DNA of 64,000 nucleotides from Oculina patagonica (Eukaryota): NCBI RefSeq assembly GCF_052425735.1, contig NC_135762.1, positions 10,974,001 to 11,038,000 of the forward strand, read 5' to 3'. Shown piece by piece: positions 30,201 to 41,100 of this stretch (position 1 is its first letter; each line of letters starts with the position of its first letter). The notes under the pieces were generated by a model. It saw only the letters and a program-made list of their open reading frames with translations, ran no database searches and was not told where the DNA came from. The position numbers and the translations under genes were made by a program.

Positions 30201-30969
30201 CCCATAAAAGATGTCTGGGAAGTTGACCTTGAAAATTCCATACTGATGATGCTGTCTTCATGTGAAGAAAAAAAGTCTGATAGTTTTATGAGTAGTAGTC
30301 TCTAGCACACAAGAATTCAAAACCACCAACAGCCAATCCGAGACACTGGGTGTATGTATGTCTGTAGAGCTGCATAATCAGTAATTTTGAGGGTTAAATT
30401 TCAGGCCTCCCTTGAATGTAAACATGCTTTATCTGTTTATCTGTTTCTTACGAAATTAGCTTTCCCCCCTCGTAGGGATTTAACTGGACCAGCCCTTACA
30501 ACAAAAGTTGTCTCGCTAGCTTGTGAAATGTAGAAAAATGTAAAATAAGTGCTATGAAGTAATTATAGCAAACATGGCTTCCGAAGACATATGCAAGCTT
30601 GTTTATGTGTATTTTATACGCTCTGTTACCTCAAAAATCCGCTTAGAATTCTGCATTATAGCCAAGAAAGGCATTTAAATATCATCAAGTTCTCCTTTTG
30701 GCCAATCTAGTCCAAACGAATTTTGAAATTTTCAGAAAATTCCGAACGTTCAAAGCTCCACGTTTTGAAAGCTCTCGTACCTGAAGCATCGAATTCTTCT
30801 TCGTCTTCGCGGCTGTTGACGGCACTGATCTAGAGGGAAAGAGTGTTTGAAAACTGATTAGAAAAAAATAAACAATTAGCAAAAAGAACTGATGCAAAAA
30901 GAGATTTAAGTATAAACTTACGAGAAGCACGGAAAATAAGCAAAACACAACAACATAGTTGACCGCCAT
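27265..30969 (-). CDS. Secreted Kunitz/BPTI + thyroglobulin type-1 domain protease inhibitor (~191 aa, or ~214 aa with cassette exon)
   Basis: Exons 30922-30969 and 30781-30829 (signal peptide MAVNYVVVFCLFSVLLISAVNS), 29271-29438 (Kunitz ICKLKPESGMCMAYF...FVYGGCRGNGNRFDSKKEC), optional 28456-28524, and 27265-27575 (TY domain PTCDEEGYYAPMQC...CWCVDRLG). Phases are consistent. Confidence 0.85.
28747..29135. mobile_element. MITE with CAGGG termini (hAT-like)
   Basis: Perfect 15-bp TIR CAGGGCTCAAAATAA / TTATTTTGAGCCCTG. The TSD is not clean. Confidence 0.65.
29548..29744. mobile_element. Short TA-flanked MITE
   Basis: TIR TACCTTATTATAGGAA / TTCCAATAATAAGGTA and internal AACGCGAA repeats. Confidence 0.55.
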
Positions 30970-31350
30970 CTTAGCTTTGATGTGTTTCTTTTTGTTTCCC
31001 GAAAGCCTTCGCCGGTATAAATAGCACCCGTCAAAATTATGACGTCATGCAAGTGACGAGACTTCCGGAACACACACCGGAAATACCATGTCGACACGTG
31101 GACGTGAACCGAGTGTCACTTACTTTTTTCACACTTTCGGAATTTTAAACAAACCGCAGAATGTAAAAGCTTACCATATTTAGGATTTTGACGGAGGTTA
31201 GTGGTTGCCGGTGTTGTGAACGCCCTGACCTCGTAATCGGCAAAAAGTTTGTAAAGTCGTTTAAAGAAAGCTCTTGAAGATGCTGGCATTTTGTTAGAAG
31301 GGTCCTGATGAAGCTATTAAGAGTATAAACCCCATTTCCCAGCTTCCCAG

Positions 31351-31522
31351 CTCTCTCCTCTGCAGAGGCTCCTTCAGTGGGGGAAGGCAAAACACGAAAA
31401 ATGGAAAAATAGGGAGAGCGCGCTTTCGTTTCGATTTTCTTCAGGCTCCGCGCGCTTACTTTTCACCTCTCCCCATTTCCCAGCCCGTTCGAAACACGAA
31501 AGAGCCTCTGCGGAGAAGAGAG
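31351..31522. mobile_element. Short MITE
   Basis: TIR CTCTCTCCTCTGCAGAGGCT / AGCCTCTGCGGAGAAGAGAG, flanked by TTCCCAG and ATCCCAG. Confidence 0.6.
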
Positions 31523-32206
31523 ATCCCAGCCCCAGTTGTATTGTTTTTCTGTCTGTGATTCCCATTCCCTATGACCAAATCCCAGTCCCAGTGACCTAAA
31601 CCTCGTTTTCCCAATGAAAGTTTGCCCAAATCCCAGTTCCCATTTTAACCTCAGTCAACCTCAGTCGCTTTTTCTCTAATTGACATTGGCTCCAGACCTC
31701 TCGCTGTCGTACTGAGACCTAGCGCGTTCGCAAAAGATACGACTGTTTTGCAGTCTAATTTTACCGCTTCATTGCATTCAGTTGTGTTTTCAATGGCACA
31801 AGAGGTGTTATAGCCTTACAATGAAACCCTTTTTTCATATCAATTATCACGTTCTTTTCCTCTAATAATGGAAATTTTGATCCGCCACTGTAACTAATGC
31901 CGTATTCATGTTGTGGAAATGGAGTGGCCGATAAAAATATTTATTATTGTTCTCCTCAAACCGCTACCGTTCGGTGTATGTGACACTTTTCTAGAAAGCT
32001 TTAGGACTAACCTATCCTCCCAGTTTGAGGTCTTTTCTTGCTTTTCAGCAAAGGTGCAGCTTTTGTGTTTGCATACACAGTGGTCTACAAGGGCTAGCAA
32101 AGTGGACTTGATATCAGCGTGGAACATTACATGTAATAGTTTATGTGAGGTGCCAGATTACTTGGGTCAAGAGTGAAGACACTTCACTGTCAAAGTGCCT
32201 CTCTCA

Positions 32207-32325
32207 TAGCCTGCGAATACAGCCGCCTCTCTCCCAGCCGGTTTGGCGTTTTACGCGAGAGATGTCTCTCTTGCAAAAGGCCAAGCCAGCCAGGAGCGAA
32301 GAGAGGCGGCTGTACTCGCAGGCTA
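32207..32325. mobile_element. Short MITE with TAG...CTA termini and ~9-bp TSD
   Basis: TIR TAGCCTGCGAATACAGCCGCCTCTC / GAGAGGCGGCTGTACTCGCAGGCTA; flanks CCTCTCTCA and CCTCTCTCC. Confidence 0.7.
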
Positions 32326-32661
32326 CCTCTCTCCCTCAGCTGCTGTAACGTGAAAATAAAACCAAAAAGGGCATATGATTTAAATTTGAACGCCAAAAAA
32401 TTATTATTTAATTAAATCGCACCATCAAAGAAGGTTTCTATAAAATATATTTTTTTGAAGTTCATGCAGACATTTCAGAGCATTTCCAAGGTCCATTAAT
32501 TATTGGAAATTTTACATTTTTTTCAAATTATTCAAAACAAACCTACGATCCTGGGGCAATGATTATATTTGGGTACCGGTATCTTTATTTTTAAGTTACA
32601 GTTAGCAGTTGATAGTAGTGTTTATAAATGCAATATTAAAATGAGAGAAGCTCTCTTAAAT

Positions 32662-35600
32662 TTATTTTGATGGATTGTCAACAGGTTCCTCTTCTGTTTC
32701 TTCATCCTTGGGAGGTTCTGTGTTGTCCACTGCAAACAAGTAAATTAACACACAATATTTCAATTACTTTGATGTCTTTTATATAACATATTTTTTTTAA
32801 AATGAACCATACTTGACTACCTCAAATATTGATTAAAATTCAGCTTGAAAGCAAAGCCTGGAGCACACAATCAAAAGAAATGAATCAACAAGTTGGTCCA
32901 TGTAAGAACCAATCCCTTATCGGCAGTGGACTCTCAGCCCAGCCTACCGCAGTCACGTTTATATAGTCAAGTCATTTGCGCGCTTTATGTATATTGTTTT
33001 AACTACGAAGAGAAGTTAGTTCACGTTAAATGAAGCTAAGTTTGTTTATGCTGTATCTCCATTTTCGCTGCGTATCCTAATCGTCAGGTATATGTCGTTT
33101 CTTTTGTTTGTATCATATTTTCTTGTCGCATGCCGTTATTTCTGTTCTTAGTGTAATATATTTCTTTATTTATGTCCTAGAAACCACTGGTAATTAATTC
33201 AAGTTTCTGCACCTCGTGGAGAATAAATTTAAGTTTACTCAACTTCTAAGTTTTATTGCTGGTGCATTATATATAGTTCAATTTCCTTAGTTTATATCCT
33301 CCTGGCTTTCCTACCAAGCTCGATTTTAATTGAAAGAGGCCTGCATGCAATAATATAAAGGATTTGAAGAAAAATGTGTGGATTAAATTGAAAGATGGAT
33401 TGTCAAGGTTCAATTGTATAACACAAGGGATAAATTAGATTCTGATCGGCATTCTTTTGAATACTTACCACACTCTGTCAGTCCTTCAATCTTGCTTCCA
33501 TTCCTGTCCACACACCAGCACTCTTTGTTACCATTTTTGTCAGTAGTTCTGCATTGACGTGGCAAATAGAAGCCATCTTGGTCGCAGGATGGAGTGTAAA
33601 CACCAGGGAATGGACGGGCTTCCCCTCTCACGAGCATATATGGCAAATTTTTGCGCAATTTGTGGAGACAGGGTGGTTCTGTAAGGCATGGGACATAAGT
33701 TAACATTTTTTCTTAAAACCAGCACTGCATATAAGGCCCAGTAACACAGTAATGTAAGCTTTGCCTGTCCTTGGGATAATCAGGTATAGGATATAGAAGA
33801 GGGTTCGTAAAAGAAATAAAAGGTTTAAAGGGCCAAGATTACAAATTTCAGCTCTCCTCCCATCACTGAGGCAACACAGGAACCATCTTCACTCCCCCCC
33901 CCACCCACTTCTTTTTAGCACCCCCCTGGATCTTACCTGCCATGGATATTGATGCACCCCCTCCCCCCTCCACACTGGAAGGGCATTGCAAGAGTAAACA
34001 GTCTCGCCCAAACACAAAACATTACCCTATTTCTTAAACCTGAAACTCTCACTGAAGTCCGTTGTATTAACAACACCTTCCAAAAATCAAGAAGATAGCA
34101 AAACCACATGAAATGTTACAATGGTATAATTCCTTTGTCCTTACCAACTGAGGTGAAACAACTACAAAATTCAGCCTCTGTAAACGTCTTCTTTCCTTTG
34201 GCACAGGTCTTGAAGAATTGTTTTATGCAGGGCTCTGTTGAGATCTCGTAAATGTCTGCCAGCTCAGAATCATCCAATTCACCATCAGCGTTTTGATCCA
34301 ACACATAACGGAACACAGAGCTTATTGGTTCACGGCAAGCTGTTTGATCAAAGCCTGCTCAAAAAGATACAATAATAATTACTGTAAATAATGTGATAAT
34401 AATTTTCACTGTATGCAGGCTGTGCCTGGGGAAAGGGAAATTAATGTGAAAGAGGTAGGGAGGCTCATCGTCATTTATTTAGCAGTATAGAATTACCGGT
34501 GTTATAGATTTTGGTATCATTTGAGGTGTTCAGGACAGAACACCAAACAGTTTACAATACTCATAAAGGTATCTTTTAGGGTTGCATGCATGCAAGGAAA
34601 TATATATGGTGATAGGTGCCAGGAGTGAGTAAGTAAGCAAGTAAATTATAGGAAAAGAATATAAGGGAAGTGCCCAGAAAAAGACTTCATTCAAGTTCTT
34701 ACCTGACGGGAAAGGAATTCTTGCTTCTTTCACTTTCAAGTGTGGAAGAACCTCTCCACGCTTTGGCAGCTCAAAACCATTGCGCATCCACTCTTCTTTG
34801 ATGTGCATTGTGCGTAGAATGTGGAACCAATCCAACAGGCGTGTTGGAAGCATTGTGCAGTTTTCTATTTGAGAAATAAATTAAGAAGCTGTGCATTGAA
34901 ATCAGACTCAATTAAATTTACCCATACAATGAGATTAACTACATGGACTTTGTTCAATAACAGAAGATTTCTGATTTACAGTCGTGCACATGCCTATTTC
35001 AGTTTTCATGCCTACTGCAGTACTGCCAGAGTTTTTTTTTATTGAAATGCAGGAAGGACCAACCCTTTTTTGAAAAAAAAAAATACCAAAATTCCCTAGC
35101 CCTCTCCCCATAAGAAAAAAGTACCTTCCCTAATTACATATAAATCTTACTTTCATCATGGTGCCGTTTTGAAACAGCTTTCTTGATGTGATTCCAGTGT
35201 TCCCATTTTTTCAGTTTTTGATGTCTGTGCTGTTGAGAATGGATAATTAAATGGTAACAATGTCAAGTTACTGGTCAGTATACAAAAAAATGTCTATTAC
35301 CTAAAGAGCATCTGCATATATCAGGATATTATTGCTTTTGATTGAACTTGAGTTCTTAAACACCATTGATGATTATGCATGCGCTCTTATGGCTTTGCTG
35401 TGTCTCGGGGGAAAAACATTAATCTGCATGACAGTGAATGCCCCTACATTTTAATTTTTAAAAGCTGACCTGGTGAGCAGCACTTCCGAACTTGTGGCCC
35501 TAAAACCTTCTGTTAGATGCGAAGATCACTTGGAAAAAACGAAGATCTCAAGATTGAAGCGAAAATCTAAAATTGACCAAAATTCACGTGGTCAAATTGA

Positions 35601-37032
35601 ACACTCAGATATAAAACTGTCAAAACTCATTAAGTCTGTAAACACTATAGAAAATATCTGTAATTTCTGAATTTTCTGTGCAAGGTGTGACATTGCTTTG
35701 GAGTTACAAGTAACAACACTAGTGCTAAAATTGTGGTTATTGTTTTCCACTGTATCCCCAGTCCGGCAAGGACGTTTGTACAGACTACCTTATTGTTGTA
35801 AATAATAAAGATGGTAAATTTTTAGCTCGGTAATAAATAATGAAGATGAAGTGTTTAACATGACTCGAGCATGGGACAAAGAAAAATTCTGAGTCCCCGA
35901 CGGGAATCGAACCCATGGCCTCCCAGATACCGGTTGGGTGCTCTAACCAACTGAGCTACGAGAGACTCGTTTTTAAATGGCCCAGCTCACAACGAGTCTC
36001 TCGTAGCTCAGTTGGTTAGAGCGCCCAACCGATATCTGGGAGGCCATGGGTTCGATTCCCGTCAGGGACTCAGAATTTTTCTTTGTCCCATGCTTGAGTC
36101 ATGTTGAACACTTCATCTTCATTACCTTATTGTTACTTATGGCGATTAGGCCAAAAAATACATACATGTATGTGTGGGGTATAGTATTTAGGAGCTTCAG
36201 CCATGTGCATGTTTCCAACTCTTTATGCATTGTCAGACAACATTACCAAAACCAAAAATAAATAAACAAGGAAACATTTTAAACATCCCCGGCCAAAAGG
36301 TCTCACTCTCAGTCTGAATGAAGGAAATAATAGACCTTTGTCTGGTCTGTGGTTTACTGAATATTTTTTACAATCAATGTCTTTTACAACTTGAGAATTA
36401 TTTGAACGTATTTTCAGTAAAAAATAAGACATATACAACAAACAGTAATCAAAACTGTCTGATCTAAAAATTATTCCACCGATAGAATGCCTGGAATCTG
36501 GCATATAAGCTGTTTACTTTTGCAATCGCGCGCAACACGATGATCAAAAATCTACCATTCGAAGTTTCGAACGCGCCGGCCGATCAGAGTTCGCACAACC
36601 TCGCGTGAAACAGATTGCTTTTAATTTTGCGTGCCTGCGTTACGTTTAGCTTACAGTGAATTTACCAAATGCAACAAAGTACGATAAATTATACAGCGAT
36701 CAATAAATCTCAGATTATCAAGGCTCTATCGTTCAAGATTACGCGCTCACTTCTCGATCGGAATTCCCAGCTTCTGTGTACATTTTCAAACATTCCAGTT
36801 CTAATGGCTTTAGAAAATAGAGCAGCATTCTGTTCATTTCATTAAAATGGAAATTTGACAGTTCACTGCTTTATACGTCTTAGCTTTTACACTGAATGTT
36901 TACCGAACGAAAACAGAGGTTCTTTCATAATCGCACGTTATCCAAACTCGACAACAGAGCAAATCTCACCTTTTTCGCGTCCACTACGAAAATGGCCAAG
37001 CTCACAAGAGCCAGAATCCACAGAATTTTCAT
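32662..37032 (-). CDS. Testican/SPOCK-like secreted protein (SPARC EC domain + thyroglobulin-1 + acidic tail), ~263 aa
   Basis: Exons 36970-37032, 35151-35229, 34703-34864, 34145-34354, 33469-33678 and 32662-32729 give 792 nt in frame. Contains signal peptide [19 protein letters not shown], the testican-like RLLDWF, EF-hand [20 protein letters not shown]...EFCSCF, and TY motif CWCVDRNG. Confidence 0.85.
35798..36122. mobile_element. Inverted pair of tRNA-derived SINE-like units with 12-bp TSD
   Basis: Arms 35838-35971 and 35991-36124 each contain a tRNA-like head (35892-35967 minus, 35995-36070 plus) with A box TAGCTCAGTTGG and B box GGTTCGATTCC. TSD TACCTTATTGTT at 35786-35797 and 36123-36134. 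Confidence 0.8.
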
Positions 37033-38135
37033 TCTTGCTCAACAAAAAAACGCTTTCTTGAGAATCAACGACAGAATAAATGCAAAATCGCCAGAAATTC
37101 AGAAGAAACTCTCGGCGAATAACTACACTGTCTGCCTTCCACTCGACCTGGCTGAAACCCAAGACTGACAAGGATTTTAGCAGCAGTCAGTTGATTGGCT
37201 GTTTGTCATTGAGGATTTTTCCCACCCAGGCGGGACCGGAAATTTGGATTGTCTCCACAGTCTCCACATTTCTGAGGTCGGATGAAACTTCAAAGGTGTG
37301 AGACATCCGTTTACCAAAATTTGTCAAGAATGTAGCTGTTCTACAGGTAAAATTTCTCTTAGCGATGCAGAGAAAATGGTGCCGGCTATCTTAAGTCGCA
37401 ATGCGCTGCTTAGGGAAGCGGGCAAAATAGGGGAGCCGGCCATTCATTTTGGGTTATTTTAACAGAAGAAAAATTAGCCCCTGGCTAAAAAGGCTATTCC
37501 AATAAAATGTTTTGTATCCAATTTGACCAACAAGTGTTTTATAGAATTTTTATTCTTTTAAAAACATCCGCTAATACAGTTACAAGTCCCGTTATAAATG
37601 CAGTGCTTTGAAAAGTATGATGTTTTGTTTTTTTTTTTTTTTGGAAAAAGAAGAGATTTCCAATTTCCTCTACAAGACGCTCCTTGGGGATCCCTGCACT
37701 GTTTACAGCCCTCTATTTTCTCGTGGTTTTTTTATGTTATTTTTTATGTTTTTGATCGCCGAACGCGGAAAATCGCGAGAGAACTGGAGGCCAGTGCAAC
37801 GGGAGGCATTGAAAAATAGAGGTCAACGACTTGTGAACAATCTTTGAGTCTATCCTATCCCATCCTTTCCCAGGACTCCTGATACGTGTGCACCTCCTAA
37901 GACCCGATATCCCCTCCCCCATCCTACTCAGTTGAATTTACAAAGGCGGCAAAAATGCAAAAGCGCGCAATGGATTGTGGGATACCTGTGCCTCAGTCGA
38001 CAAGTATTCCAGCGGTGTTGCTCTGTAAAAGAACATGGCGTCTGGTAATCTGTAGAAACATTGTCGTAAAAATCTTTCATTTCCGACGTAAGATCCTCGC
38101 TGTTTTGTGAGTTTATTGGCTAAATTAGTTCAAAT

Positions 38136-41100
38136 ATGTGCCGTAATTGTGCCTTACCTGAATGGGGGGAGCCACTAAAAATCCCCGTAGCGGAACTGCC
38201 ACAGTTTTTCGCCAAGCAAATTAGCTGGAACTTCGAGCGGCTGAACTACGGCGGGGGAGCTGTTATGGAAACCGTTTCAGGCCGTCCAGAGCGCCCTTCG
38301 GTGACGGGGCGACTCGGTTGTAGGCTCAGGGAAGGTATGCAACCTCCAACAAGGGGAAAGCGAACGGAGAGGTACCTACTCGTGAGTGAATGTTTGTATT
38401 GTCCCGGGAAAAGGTATGGATGCACTCCGAGAGCAAACTGCACGGGAAAAAGGCGAAATTGTTATGCGATGTGCAAGGTTACTGTCTACGCTGATGCACC
38501 AGATATTGCTGAGGTTTCTTTCTCTGGGAGTCACGGAAGTGGAAACGTTACCGATCCATCGCTACACAGGAGCCCGCACGATGTTAAAAGGAGAAGGGTT
38601 GTCGACGAAGATGGAAATGACCATCCACAGGTAAGCTGGTGGATTGGATAGGGCAGTTTTGTTTTGTCTATCTATAAAAGCTGTTTAACAAGGCTTCAGA
38701 CACTATCATTAACTATTAAAAACATGGAGCAAGAGCGTGTTGTGGAAAAGTTGTGTTAAGTCAAATCGTGCTTGGTTTATTGGTTTTGCATTATAAACTA
38801 TCTCGCCATTATACAGGAACCTCGCCTTTTGATTGTAATGGAAAATTTGAGTGTAATTGTAAATGGCTTTATGCACATATCAATGTTAAGCTGCTGGGGG
38901 GGGGGGGGGGGAGGGGGAGGCATAGGCCGCGCATTTGAACTTAGCTGAGACTTTCTGATCAAATTGCCCAACCCCAGCGCCAGCAGGCAGTGCCTGCGGC
39001 ATTACTATTGTAGTATGCGCGCGCATGTTTTCGCGCCACATGTTCTCTATGTGTTATATGTCAGCCATCTTGGTTGCATTAAAAACTGCTGTTGAAGTTC
39101 TTTCGTTGTGACGTGCGTTCTTGTCTTCTAAACATTGGCGTGGTGGCAGCGACGATTAATCCACGTCCTCAAGAGCCTGAGTGTCGTCTCGCTGGTCCAA
39201 GCAACAACGAGTCTACCTATCCTATGGTCGATTGAACTCTGAACAGCCGTCTCATCGTAAGGAAAGTATAACCTCACTGTTCCTTACTGTTACTGTGTTA
39301 AACATGCATTCAAATAGAGCCCCGAAACAGTGGTCCCTAACAAAGAATGAAAGTATCACATCATTTGAAGCCTGGCGCCAGAATCTTCAGTATTCCCTGT
39401 CTTTAGACGCTAATTTCGCCCCGTTTTTAGCAGACAATTTTACATGGCAGAAAAAGTCGTCCACTGCCCCCAATAGAGGGCTCACTACCGATGGGGAAGA
39501 CGTCCCATCAACTCGCCGACGTACCGCCGCACAGAAGAACGTACACCTTGAACTCATGTTAGGTCAGATAGCAAATTTTTGCCCCGTTATTTCACGCAAT
39601 ACCATTGTGAAGAATACCACTTCAGTCAAGTCCATTTGGCAAGCAATAAGGTCCCACTTTGGCTTTCAGTCCACGGGTGCTCATTTTCTAGATTTTTCTA
39701 ACATTAAACTCGAAGTTGATGAACGCCCTGAAGACTTGTTTCAACGGTTAATGTCCTTCACTGAAGATAATTTGCTTGTTGCAAATGGCAACATAACCCA
39801 CCATGGGGAAGTCATTACTGTTGATGAGGAACTGTCACCCACACTTGAGAATTTCGTGGTTTTAACCTGGCTAAGACTCATTCATAACGATCTACCTGCC
39901 CTTGTCAAGCAGCGCTACGGAACTGAGTTAAGATCAAGAACACTTGCTTCCTTAAAACCTGAAATCTCGCAGGCGCTAGACTCTCTTCTCGATGAGATTC
40001 GCTCCAACGCCGACACCAAAGTTCTCCGAACCACTGCTTCACGGTTCAGGCAGCCACCTCCTCGCCCCTCCGTTAAGTCTTCTGCTCAACCATGGCCTCC
40101 GAGGCGACCGAAGTCCTGTCCTTTATGTAAACAAGCTGGTCGCAACGACCAGCACTTCTTAAGTGCATGCTCATATTTACCTCCGGAGGACCGTACTTAC
40201 CTTTCTCGTTCTCGCCTTACCTCTACCCTTGACGACGAGGAACCTGACTACTCAGACTATGTGCCCTCAGCCTTCCCCGACGAGGACGACCCCCCTCCAC
40301 ACACTACAGCTCGTACAGTTTCACGCCGTGTCAGCACTAAACAGTCACCCCACTTTAAGGCTTTTTACAAACAGCATCCACTCCGACTGACCCTAGACAC
40401 AGGTGCAGAGACTAGTATGATCAAGTCATCCGTGGCCCGTTCAATTGGTGCAACCATTGTAAAGTCTTCCCAGCAAGCTTTACAAGCCGACGGCATGACT
40501 CCCTTAGCTGTAGCCGGGGAAACTCACCTCATCTTATCACGAGCAGACAAACAACTCGGTCTTGACGCCCTCGTTGTTGACGACTTAGACGTAGACGTCC
40601 TGGCTGGCACACCCTTCCTTATTGCTAACGACATCACCGTCCGTCCCGCTTTGTGCCAAGTACGTATTCAGGACTCTGAGGTCATACATTATGACCCCGA
40701 TAGTGATTCAACTAGCTCTCATGCTGTGCGACGTGCACAAAGTTACGTCCTACGCGCTTCCTCCTCCGCAACCGTTGTTTGGCCTGGTGAATACTTGGAA
40801 CTGGACGTCCCTTCCGACCTAGGTGACGATTGCGTACTAGCACTTCAACCGCGCACAGACACCCCAATATCGAAACACACCAAACCCACCTGCATTTGGC
40901 CTGAACCTCAAGTTGTAGAAGCTGTCGGATCCAAAATCCGCTTAACCAACACTTCCAACGAGCCGAAAGCCATAGGTCGCCACGAGCACCTCAGCGAGAT
41001 TCTACCCACAGCAGAAACACCGTCACCGACCCCCAACCCAGCATCCACCACTAAGTCAATTCCAGTGAAGCCACACAGTCTACCTCCCTTCTCGTCTTCC

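Noticed and set aside
35892-36070. Two functional tRNA genes
   Set aside because: The anticodon arms are mismatched and differ between copies (GGT vs GAT), and they are embedded in a TSD-flanked repeat, so they are SINE heads.
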